DNA from: Pirellulales bacterium
Lineage (GTDB): Bacteria > Planctomycetota > Planctomycetia > Pirellulales > JAICIG01
Direction: 5' to 3'
Assembly: GCA_040901675.1 (NCBI GenBank)
Contig: JBBDYJ010000013.1
Location: 64,001 to 128,000 of the forward strand
Length of the DNA: 64,000 nucleotides
The notes beneath the pieces were generated by a model that did no database searches, was not told the origin of the DNA, and saw only the letters and a list, made by a program, of their open reading frames with translations. A program made the translations under genes and the position numbers. Below are positions 36,205 through 44,741 of the stretch, one piece after another (the stretch's first letter is position 1; each line of letters opens with the position of its first letter).

Positions 36205-37251
36205 TCAAATAATCAACATTGCGTCGCCGTAGCTATAGAAGCGGTAGCGCTCGCGGATCGCTTCTTCGTAGGCCCGCATGACCAGCTCGTCGCCGCCGAA
36301 TGCCCGCACCAGCACCAACAGCGACGTGCGCGGCAGGTGAAAGTTGGTCAACAGGGCGTCGACGGCCCGAAACTCAAACCCCGGGCGGATGAACAAGTCG
36401 GTCCGTCCCGACCAGGCCCGCAGTTGGCCTGTGGCGGCCGCCGTCTCCAGCACCCGAACCGTGGTCGTGCCCACGGCCACCACGCGCCCGCCTTGGGCCT
36501 TGCACTGCCGCAGCCGCTCGGCGGCCCCTTCATCGAGGTGCCCGCGCTCGCTGTGCATCTTGAGCTCGGCCAAGGACTCGACGCCGATGGGACGAAACGT
36601 GTCGAGCCCCACGTGCAGCGTCAGCCGCACGGGTGACACACCCACCTCGACGAGTCGGGACAGCAGCTCCTCGGTGAAGTGAAGCCCCGCCGTGGGGGCC
36701 GCCACGGACCCCGGATGCCTGGCGTAGACCGTTTGATAGCGCTGGCGGTCGTCTTCGACCATCTCGCCGCCCCGGATGTAATGCGGCAGCGGTACGCGGC
36801 CGACCCGATCGAGCAAATCGAATGTGCCTTCCTTCGACTCCGGAACCGCGATCCACAGGCCGCCGGGGCGCTTCTCGATCAGCCTGAGCTGCACGTCGTC
36901 GGCGCCCACCCGGTTGACCAGCGTCAGCCGCTCGCCCGGCGAGATCCTGCCCCGGGCCTTGCTCAAGAGCTGCCATTGGCCCGATTCGTCGGCCGAGATG
37001 AACAGCCCTTCCCAGCGGCCTCCGCTCAACGACCGGCGCCCGATCAGCCTGGCGGGCACGACCCGGGTGTCGTTGAGCACCAGGCAGTCGCCGGCCCTGA
37101 GGATTTCGGGCAGATCCCGGACGTGTTCGTGGCGGAGGCTGCCATGGGCCCGCTCGACGAGCAGCAGCCGCGCGTCGGCCCGGTGGGGCAAAGGCTGCTG
37201 GGCAATCAATTCCCGCGGCAGCGTGTAGTCATATCGCGACAGTTCTGACAT
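36205..37251 (-). CDS. queA: S-adenosylmethionine:tRNA ribosyltransferase-isomerase
   Basis: YDYTLPRELIAQQP, NDTRVVPARL, SVAAPTAGLHFT, TNFHLPRTSL, YRFYSYGDAM. Confidence 0.97.
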   Translation of the reverse strand: MSELSRYDYTLPRELIAQQPLPHRADARLLLVERAHGSLRHEHVRDLPEILRAGDCLVLNDTRVVPARLIGRRSLSGGRWEGLFISADESGQWQLLSKARGRISPGERLTLVNRVGADDVQLRLIEKRPGGLWIAVPESKEGTFDLLDRVGRVPLPHYIRGGEMVEDDRQRYQTVYARHPGSVAAPTAGLHFTEELLSRLVEVGVSPVRLTLHVGLDTFRPIGVESLAELKMHSERGHLDEGAAERLRQCKAQGGRVVAVGTTTVRVLETAAATGQLRAWSGRTDLFIRPGFEFRAVDALLTNFHLPRTSLLVLVRAFGGDELVMRAYEEAIRERYRFYSYGDAMLII

Positions 37252-37352
37252 GCTGAATGGGGTAGCCCGGTTCCCGATTATCCAATACTGCGAGTATAAG
37301 GCGCGCCTGTCCGGCGTCGAGTCATCCACTGCCCACTCCCGTTGAACACCCC

Positions 37353-38507
37353 GTGTCCGCCACCGCTGGTCCCGTGCGCCTCGCCTTCTGCATTACCGAG
37401 CTGGAAACGGGCGGTGCCGAGCAATGCCTCGTCGAGCTGGCCACCCGGCTGGATCGCGACCGCTTTGAGCCGGTGGTCTACTCGCTGGCCGGACCGCCGG
37501 CCGAGCCGCGGCATTTGCTGGCCGCGCGGCTCCGCGAGGCGGGAGTCGCGGTGAACTTCCTCGGCGCCCGGCGGCCCTCGGATATCGGCTGGCTCACCAG
37601 GCGACTGGGCAGGGCCCTGGCCGACCAGCACTGCGAACTGATCCAGACGTTTCTGTTCCACGCCAACCTGGTGGGCCGCCTTGCTGCACGGTGGGCCAAG
37701 GTGCCGCACGTGATCTCCGGTATTCGAGTCGCCGAGCGCCGCCGCGGTTGGCGGCTGTGGGCCGATCGCCTGACGTCGCGGCTGGTCGATGCGCACGTCT
37801 GCGTCAGCGAGTCGGTGGCCGAATTCTCTCGGGGCCAAGGGGGCCTGCCGGCCGAGCGGCTGGTGGTGATTCCCAACGGAGTCGACATCCAAAGGTTTGA
37901 AGCCGCCACGCCGCTTGATCTGACCACGCTGGGCCTGCCGGCCGGCCGGCGGGCGGTCACGTTCGTCGGCCGGCTTGATCCACAAAAGGGTCTCGACCAG
38001 TTGATCACCGGCAGCAGAAGCTGGTTAGGCCAGCTTCCCGGCCATGATTTACTGGTCGTCGGCACCGGGCCGCAGCGGGCCCAGCTCGAGCGGATTGCCA
38101 GCCGGTCGGGCCTGGACAATCGCATTCATTTTGCCGGCTGGAGCTCACAGGTGCCGGAAATCCTGGCCGCCAGCGACCTGTTGGTGTTGCCGTCGAACTG
38201 GGAAGGCTTGCCCAACGCGGTCTTGGAGGCGATGGCCACCCGGCTGGCGGTCGTGGCAACCGACGTGGAGGGGGTGCGGGAGCTGCTGGGGACGGCCGCC
38301 GACGAGCAGGTTGTGCCGGCCAGCCGGCCCGAAGTCCTGGCCAGCCGGATCGTCGAGATTCTCTTGAATCAGCCGCTTCGCGAGCGCTTGGGGCGCGAAA
38401 ACCAGCTCCGCGCCCGCCGGCATTTCAGCCTCGAAACGATGGTCAACGCCTATAGCGAACTCTACCAACGGCCGCGACAACGCGACCGGCGCGCTGGCGG
38501 TTCGTAA
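37353..38507 (+). CDS. GT4-family glycosyltransferase
   Basis: GGAEQ, VIPNGVD, VGRLDPQKG, EGLPNAVLEAMA. Confidence 0.92.
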   Translation: MSATAGPVRLAFCITELETGGAEQCLVELATRLDRDRFEPVVYSLAGPPAEPRHLLAARLREAGVAVNFLGARRPSDIGWLTRRLGRALADQHCELIQTFLFHANLVGRLAARWAKVPHVISGIRVAERRRGWRLWADRLTSRLVDAHVCVSESVAEFSRGQGGLPAERLVVIPNGVDIQRFEAATPLDLTTLGLPAGRRAVTFVGRLDPQKGLDQLITGSRSWLGQLPGHDLLVVGTGPQRAQLERIASRSGLDNRIHFAGWSSQVPEILAASDLLVLPSNWEGLPNAVLEAMATRLAVVATDVEGVRELLGTAADEQVVPASRPEVLASRIVEILLNQPLRERLGRENQLRARRHFSLETMVNAYSELYQRPRQRDRRAGGS

Positions 38508-38612
38508 AATTTTTCCGCGACTTACGGCCGCTCGGTTTGCCCGAAGTGATGAGTGCGCCAAGCGCTCGCGTCACCCCGTCGGACGGAGACGAGGCTGCCC
38601 AAAAAAGAAAGC

Positions 38613-38675
38613 TTGACGCAAGGTTCGAACCGGGTATCTTTGGTGCGTCTTGGGGAGAAATGGGGACAAATGGTG
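38613..38675 (+). promoter_or_regulatory. mraZ promoter with four MraZ boxes
   Basis: TTGACG-16 nt-TATCTT, then TGGTG/TGGGG/TGGGG/TGGTG at an exact 10-bp period (38641, 38651, 38661, 38671). Confidence 0.8.
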
Positions 38676-38714
38676 ATCAGTAGCCCCGCGCCCGCGGCGT
38701 CCCGGTGAATTTTG

Positions 38715-39161
38715 ATGGTGCTGACCGGCACGTTCACCCGCTCGGTCGACGACAAGCTGCGAATCGCCATCCCCAAGCGGCTCCGAGACGCACTAGCCGT
38801 CGGCCCGGACCAGGGGCTCTATGTCACGCCCGGCACCGACGGATCGTTGGCAATCTATAATGAGGCGGCCCTGGCCAACCTGGCCGGCCGCATGGCTGCC
38901 GCCTCTCCGGCACAACAGGATGTGAGGGCCTTCAACCGGTTGTTTTATGCCCGGGCCGAACGCCTGGAACTGGACGCGCAGGGCCGGATCCGGCTTCCCC
39001 CCGCGCTGGCTTCGTTCGCCGGCCTGACCAAGGAGGTTGTCTTGCTGGGTGTTCAGGACCATCTGGAGCTTTGGGACCGCGCTCGGTGGGAGGAGTACCT
39101 GGCTGGCAAATCGTCCCGATACGATGAGATCGCGGAACGTGCTTTCGAGAGTTCCGGGTAA
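38715..39161 (+). CDS. mraZ: Transcriptional regulator MraZ
   Basis: SVDDKLRIAIPKRLR and LDAQGRIRLP, GVQDHLELW. Confidence 0.95.
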   Translation: MVLTGTFTRSVDDKLRIAIPKRLRDALAVGPDQGLYVTPGTDGSLAIYNEAALANLAGRMAAASPAQQDVRAFNRLFYARAERLELDAQGRIRLPPALASFAGLTKEVVLLGVQDHLELWDRARWEEYLAGKSSRYDEIAERAFESSG

Positions 39162-39393
39162 GCTGCACCTATCATCCAGGAGCCAATTAGCCTTTTTCGT
39201 CGTCCGTCCGATTGTTCGCCATGCGTCAGGACACCCTTGCCGGTTAGCGGCCACCAACCGGCTTGGGCATGCCCGCCCACTTCGCGGCCGGCGTCTTGAC
39301 GGGTACGGGGGGCAGGATGCCACCCGGCCGCGATTGCGGAGACCTTCGTCGTCCCTGGCGAGTCCACCGCAAGCACCCACCCCACACGGGCGC

Positions 39394-40317
39394 ATGGACG
39401 TGCCCGAGGTGGATGCTGTTTCGAAGCAAGTTGAAGGTCCCGTGCCGCAACATCGCAGTGTCCTGGCGGACGAAGTGGTCCACTGGCTCCGGCCGCAAGG
39501 CTCGATGGTGCTGGTCGACGGCACGCTGGGCGCCGGCGGGCACACCCGCGCCCTGGTCGAACGCCTCGGGCCGGGGGGGCAAGTGATCGCGCTGGATCGC
39601 GACCCGGCGGCCCTGAAGTCAGCCGAAAAAGAGCTGGCCGATCTGCCGGTGAAGCTGGTCTGGTCGAATTTTTCCGAGCTGCCCGAGGCCCTGGCCCAGC
39701 TCGAGATACCGTTGGTGGATGGAGTCGTGCTGGATGTTGGTCTTTCCAGCGACCAGCTTGCCGATCGCGAGCGGGGGTTCAGTTTCGACCTGGACGGCCC
39801 GCTCGACATGCGGTTTGATCCCACGGAGGGGGAGCCCGCCTGGCAACTGCTCGAGCGGCTCGACGCCGAGGCCCTGGCCAACCTGATCTATCGCTATGGC
39901 GAAGAGCGCTACAGCCGCCGCATTGCCCGGCGGATTGTCGACGAGCGCCGGCGGCAGCCGATTCGTACCTCGGCGGAGCTGGCCCGGCTGGTCCGCTTGG
40001 CGGTGCCCAAGCCGCGTGGCCGCCAGCGGATCGATCCTGCCACCCGCACGTTTCAGGCCCTGCGTATCGCGGTGAACGACGAGCTAACCTCTCTCGAGCA
40101 GGCCCTTGCGCGGCTGCCCGACTGTCTGCGCCCCGGTGGCCGCCTGGCTATCATCAGCTTTCATTCTCTGGAAGACCGGCTAGTGAAGCAGGCCTTCCGC
40201 GACGATCCCCGTTACCACGTCCTCACCCGCAAGCCCATCCGTCCCAGCGAGCAGGAGATCGCCTCCAACGCCCGCTCCCGCAGCGCCAAGCTCCGCGTGG
40301 CCGAAAAGGCCGCCTAA
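39394..40317 (+). CDS. rsmH: 16S rRNA m4C1402 methyltransferase RsmH (MraW)
   Basis: HRSVLADEV, DGTLGAGGH, RGFSF..GPLDMR, ATRTFQALRIAVN, SFHSLEDR, RSRSAKLR. Start approximate. Confidence 0.96.
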   Translation: MDVPEVDAVSKQVEGPVPQHRSVLADEVVHWLRPQGSMVLVDGTLGAGGHTRALVERLGPGGQVIALDRDPAALKSAEKELADLPVKLVWSNFSELPEALAQLEIPLVDGVVLDVGLSSDQLADRERGFSFDLDGPLDMRFDPTEGEPAWQLLERLDAEALANLIYRYGEERYSRRIARRIVDERRRQPIRTSAELARLVRLAVPKPRGRQRIDPATRTFQALRIAVNDELTSLEQALARLPDCLRPGGRLAIISFHSLEDRLVKQAFRDDPRYHVLTRKPIRPSEQEIASNARSRSAKLRVAEKAA

Positions 40318-40318
40318 A

Positions 40319-40405
40319 GTAGCAGGCACACTCCGTGTGCCGTGGCCGTAGCAACTCACACTCGTGTGCCGCCGCGCGTAGCAGGCGGCCCGCGGATGCT
40401 GCTAC
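40319..40405. repeat. GTAG-type REP cluster
   Basis: GTAGCA-GGCACAC-TCC-GTGTGCC hairpin, two degenerate GTAGCA units at about 30-bp spacing, and an inverted TGCTAC. Confidence 0.7.
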
Positions 40406-40533
40406 TTTCGTGGTTTATCCGCGGCGGAACTGAACTGGTGCGATTTTCGCCGTTGGCTAGAATCAGCCCCCGCTGACCGCCTTACCGGGCGGCCTGGAAT
40501 GATAGCACCGTCGGCCTCAAGGAGGAGGCAGCC

Positions 40534-41787
40534 ATGGCAAAGGAAGTCAAAATCGGTCTGGGCGTCATCGGCGCCCTGTTGCTCGTGTTCGGCGTGGTCC
40601 TGTTCATCCGGCTGCGCGAGCCGGGCAAAAGCGTGGCCGCCGATCGCCCTGATGATAAAAAACCGGCCGTCAGCAGGCCCAAGCTAGCAAGCGGCCCCAG
40701 CCAGCCGATCAAGGTAGCCGCCAGCCATCCGCTCGAGAGCCGATCCACCGCCGGTGATGACGGCCTCGGTCGTTCGCCGGATGCAGAGGCCGACGCCGAC
40801 AGCGCCCCACCAGAGAACTACATGCCCGACCCCAACGCCCTGGAGCAGGGCCGCTACGCCGATCGATACAGCGGCCAATTCCGCGACCGCTACGCAACCA
40901 GCCCAGACGAGACCGACGGGGATACCGGCGAGCCGGCCGACGTCGAACCCCCGAAGGAACCCGGCGACTACGACGACCCGAACGAGGAGTTCGACCCGTA
41001 TAGCGGCGATGGACAAGCGGGCGCCAGTGATGACGACTTGTTGGAACCCAGTTCGATCGACGCCCCGGAAGAAATAGATGCGGACTTGACGGGCGCCGAC
41101 GCGGCTGAGCTCGATCCGGGCGCCGGACAGCACCAACGCGGGTCGGCGGGCCGCCAGGACCAAGAGTCGGAGGAGCCCGCGGAAGACCCGCCGCTCGATA
41201 CTCAGGACCGTTCGCGCACGGGCCTGGCCGGCGAATCGCGGACCGCGGGTCCAAAAGCTCTGGCCCGCTCGCCGCGGCTGGCACCCGAGGACGGCAGCTC
41301 GCGGACCGGCAGCTACACGGTCGAGCCGAACGACAGCTTTTGGTCGATCTCGGAAAAAGTCTACGGGTCCGGCAGCTATTTCAAGGCGCTCGAAGCGCAC
41401 AACCGCGAGCAATTTCCCGACGGCGAGCAGTTCGCCGCAGGCGACACCGTATCGGTGCCCGAAGTGGCGGTGCTGGAGCAAACGTATCCCAAACTCATGC
41501 CGAAGCGGCGGGGCGCGGCCGGCAAGTCGCGGATCGTGCCGGCCGGCACGGCCCTGCGCGGCGGCGGCCGCGTGCGAGTCTATGCGGTTCAGGAAGGCGA
41601 CACGCTATTCGACATCGCCCGCTTCGAGCTGGGCCGGGCCGCCCGCTGGGCCGAGATCTATGAGCTCAACCGCGACCAACTCGGCGAAGATCTCAATTAC
41701 CTTGCCCCCGGCATGGAGTTGGTCTTGCCTGACGACCAGAAATCCGACCCAGTGGCCTCGGACCCGAAGAAGACTTATCGGCGCTAG
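40534..41787 (+). CDS. Membrane-anchored protein with acidic disordered linker and two LysM domains
   Basis: N-terminal TM; YTVEPNDSFWSISEKVYG and YAVQEGDTLFDIARFELG...IYELN LysM motifs; RBS AAGGAGG. Confidence 0.9.
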   Translation: MAKEVKIGLGVIGALLLVFGVVLFIRLREPGKSVAADRPDDKKPAVSRPKLASGPSQPIKVAASHPLESRSTAGDDGLGRSPDAEADADSAPPENYMPDPNALEQGRYADRYSGQFRDRYATSPDETDGDTGEPADVEPPKEPGDYDDPNEEFDPYSGDGQAGASDDDLLEPSSIDAPEEIDADLTGADAAELDPGAGQHQRGSAGRQDQESEEPAEDPPLDTQDRSRTGLAGESRTAGPKALARSPRLAPEDGSSRTGSYTVEPNDSFWSISEKVYGSGSYFKALEAHNREQFPDGEQFAAGDTVSVPEVAVLEQTYPKLMPKRRGAAGKSRIVPAGTALRGGGRVRVYAVQEGDTLFDIARFELGRAARWAEIYELNRDQLGEDLNYLAPGMELVLPDDQKSDPVASDPKKTYRR

Positions 41788-41884
41788 CCCTGAGTCAGGC
41801 CCCGATGAGTAGGATGGGCTTCCTTGCTGCTTCCTTGTCCGTCTTAAGACGGCCTAGGAAGGGCGTCCGGCGCCGTGCGGGGAT

Positions 41885-42433
41885 ATGCGTGGCCGGCCGG
41901 TCTTTGTAGGCTGTGCGGTCATGGCTCGGCCAGCTCGACGGCCCGAACTGCGCAAACTGATCTCGGGAGGTCAAACCGGGCCGGACCGGGCCGCCTTGGA
42001 CGTGGCCATGGAGCTGGGACTGGAGCACGGCGGCTGGTGCCCCTTGGGGCGGCGTGCCGAGGATGGACGGATCGCCGAGCGTTACCTGCTCACCCAGACA
42101 GAGTCGAGCAGCTATTCGGCCCGCACCGAGCGTAACGTGCTCGGCTCCGACGCCACCTTGATCCTCTGCCGTGGCGGCGAAACGCCGGCGCTCGACGCCT
42201 TCGGCAGCCTGATTGTCCGAGGCGGGACCGCGCTCACGCGGCGGCTGGCCGAGCGTTATGGCAAGCCTTGCCTGGTGGTCAACCTCGATCAGCCGGCCTC
42301 GGCTCTCCGCCAGGTCCGCGAGTGGCTATTACACTACCAGCCGCGAGTGCTGAACGTGGCCGGACCCCGCGAAAGCCAATCGCCCGGGATTCAGGAGTCG
42401 GCACACCGGTTTCTCAAGCGTGCGTTGGGGTAG
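41885..42433 (+). CDS. Putative molybdenum-carrier (YpsA/SLOG-like) protein
   Basis: KLISGGQTGPDRAALD, GGWCPLGRRAEDG, RTERNVLGSDATL, LNVAGPRES. Confidence 0.88.
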   Translation: MRGRPVFVGCAVMARPARRPELRKLISGGQTGPDRAALDVAMELGLEHGGWCPLGRRAEDGRIAERYLLTQTESSSYSARTERNVLGSDATLILCRGGETPALDAFGSLIVRGGTALTRRLAERYGKPCLVVNLDQPASALRQVREWLLHYQPRVLNVAGPRESQSPGIQESAHRFLKRALG

Positions 42434-42561
42434 TCCCTGGGGCACGCTGACGCTTTGCCCCAGCCACCCGACGACGAACGCGTGGATGTGGATTGCTACA
42501 AGGAACGCCTGAATTCCGGCGAATCCAGCTACGGGACCCCATGAATGGGGTCACTACAAAC

Positions 42562-43629
42562 CTAGCGGAAGTCGTAGGAGGGGTTGCGGATGTCGAAGTC
42601 GGCGTCGGTGAAGCCGTTGTTGAATTTCAGGTCCAGATACGTGTACTCCTCGACAAGCAGCGGGGGGCCGCCCGGCTCCTGGGGCCACTCGTAGGCCTCG
42701 TAGCGGATCGGCAAGTTGTGTTCCGTGTCGGCGTAGATGCGGGCCAGGTGGAAGATGAACTCGCGCCGCGGCACCGGGTGCGTCACCTGGATGCAGGTGC
42801 AATCGCGGCCGTTGATCTTGGTGCCGGGCAAGAACTGGACGTCGCACTCGCCGAACTGCGTATCGTGCTGGCCTACTTGAATCAGTCGTTGGAGCAACCG
42901 CCTCAGCCCAAGGTCGGTGATCGGATAGCGGTTGCCCGACATGGCCAGCGCGCTGTTCGGGTCGAGCGACAGCGTGCCGAACAGCTTCTTGGCACCGGTG
43001 CCGTGGGCTTGCATCTTGCCCCCGTTGCGACCGGCCACGTAGATCACTTCCTGACCTTTGATCCTGGCTGGTTTGAGGAAGTACATATACACGCTGAACG
43101 GCTCATGGCGGACTTTGACGAACATGAACTCCTGTTCGCCCAACTCTCCATTGATCCGCTCGCGCTTGACCATCGTACACGAGTAATCGTCGACCTTCAG
43201 CACCTGGTCCATGCTCGCTTGTGCCCAACGGACCGCGGGCAGCAAAGGATGCTCGCCGGGGACCAACTCGTCGAACTGCCCCATTGGCTGCCCCATGGGG
43301 CCGGCAGCTTGTGTGGCTGGCGTGGTGGCTGTGGCGACCGCGGTCTCGCCGGCCAAGGGCGCCGGATAGAAGGCCGGGACGACCCCCCGGCCATTTGGCT
43401 GGCCAGGTTCGCGCCGCGGACCTGCCAGGGGCCGGCTGCGCTGCGGCAGCCCCTGTGCCTGCGATCGTGGCAGGGGCCGGCGGTAGTCGGGGTAGGCGGG
43501 CCGGGGCGGCAACGTTCTGGCGGTTTCGGGAGGAGCCTGGCCCGATGCGACGGAGCCCACACCCAAGGCCGCGACCAGCATCCACAACCACCTGGCCCGT
43601 GGATTTGCGATTCGAGAAGCCATCGACAC
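42562..43629 (-). CDS. DUF1571-like secreted protein
   Basis: Signal peptide; DYSCTMVKRERING...KVRHEPFSVYM...RYPITDLG...EEYTY...DFD..NPSY. Confidence 0.8.
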   Translation of the reverse strand: MSMASRIANPRARWLWMLVAALGVGSVASGQAPPETARTLPPRPAYPDYRRPLPRSQAQGLPQRSRPLAGPRREPGQPNGRGVVPAFYPAPLAGETAVATATTPATQAAGPMGQPMGQFDELVPGEHPLLPAVRWAQASMDQVLKVDDYSCTMVKRERINGELGEQEFMFVKVRHEPFSVYMYFLKPARIKGQEVIYVAGRNGGKMQAHGTGAKKLFGTLSLDPNSALAMSGNRYPITDLGLRRLLQRLIQVGQHDTQFGECDVQFLPGTKINGRDCTCIQVTHPVPRREFIFHLARIYADTEHNLPIRYEAYEWPQEPGGPPLLVEEYTYLDLKFNNGFTDADFDIRNPSYDFR

Positions 43630-44087
43630 TCCTTTTTGAATGGCCCGCGCTCGATGCCCGTCGCGCCGGGGGTCGGCGGCTCCGTGTGGGCAAGTTGCGT
43701 GCCAGACGCTGGCAACCTCGCGCTCCAGTGGGAGCGGCGCGGTCGCAATCCTCCTGTTAGTAGCGAGTTACGAGGCGGCGCCGCGCGGCCATCTTCCGCC
43801 TTTCAAACGGACAGTATTGTGTATCTATCGCCAATCGTCAGGGCGAAATTTACAATACTAAGGGCTGGTCCGGTGGGGGCCTCGGGGTGATGTCTGCCGG
43901 CTGCGCGTCTTATGACGGGCTTGGCGCCGGCCAATCTTATTCCAACCTCGAGAGCGTGAGGAGAGCAGAAACGGCGGGAAGCAAGGCACCGACGCGCGGC
44001 ACCGATTCATCGGACCGCGGCCGCCGTCCCGCCAGGCAGTGGCACCCTTTGGACTTTGCATCCTCTGGACTTGGGTCTCTCGACGCC

Positions 44088-44726
44088 ATGAAGCTCGCCT
44101 GCATTGTTTCGGCTCCATTCGCGGAGAACTCGTATGTCGCCCATCTTGATCGCAAGAGCGATTGCCTTGTCGTCGACCCTGGCCTGGAGCCGGGCCGGAT
44201 TCTCGAGTATCTGGACGATAACGGGCTGACTCCGGCCGCAATCTTGAACACGCATGGGCATGCCGACCATATTGCCGGCAATGCGGCGATGAAACAGCGC
44301 TGGCCCCACTGCCCGCTGGTCATCGGCCGGCTCGAAGCGCCCAAGCTCTCCGATCCGGTGTCGAACCTGTCGGCCATGTTCGACCTGCCGCTGATCAGCC
44401 CACCGGCCGACGTGCTTGTGGACGACGGCCAGTGGTACCGGGCCGCCGGCTTCGAGCTCGAAGTGCGTCTGATCCCCGGGCATTCGTCGGGCCACGTCGT
44501 CTTCGTATGGCTGGCGCATCAGCCGCCGCACGTGTTCGGCGGCGACGTACTGTTTGCCGGCGGCGTCGGCCGCACCGATTTTCCCGATGGCAGCTTCCAG
44601 CAGTTGGCAGCCGGGATCCGCGGCAAGCTGTTTACGCTGCCCGACGAGACGGTAGTCCTGCCCGGCCACGGCCCGGCGACCACGATAGGCATCGAGAAAC
44701 GGACCAATCCGTTCCTGGGGCAATAG
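44088..44726 (+). CDS. MBL-fold metallo-hydrolase (glyoxalase II/YcbL-like)
   Basis: THGHADHIAG, PGHSSG, GDVLF, PGHGPATTIGIEKRTNPF. Confidence 0.92.
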   Translation: MKLACIVSAPFAENSYVAHLDRKSDCLVVDPGLEPGRILEYLDDNGLTPAAILNTHGHADHIAGNAAMKQRWPHCPLVIGRLEAPKLSDPVSNLSAMFDLPLISPPADVLVDDGQWYRAAGFELEVRLIPGHSSGHVVFVWLAHQPPHVFGGDVLFAGGVGRTDFPDGSFQQLAAGIRGKLFTLPDETVVLPGHGPATTIGIEKRTNPFLGQ

Positions 44727-44741
44727 CCGCGAATCGGCAAA

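Noticed and set aside
40319..40405. 30-bp periodic units as a mini CRISPR array
   Set aside because: Units are degenerate with no unique spacers and no cas genes. A REP cluster fits better.
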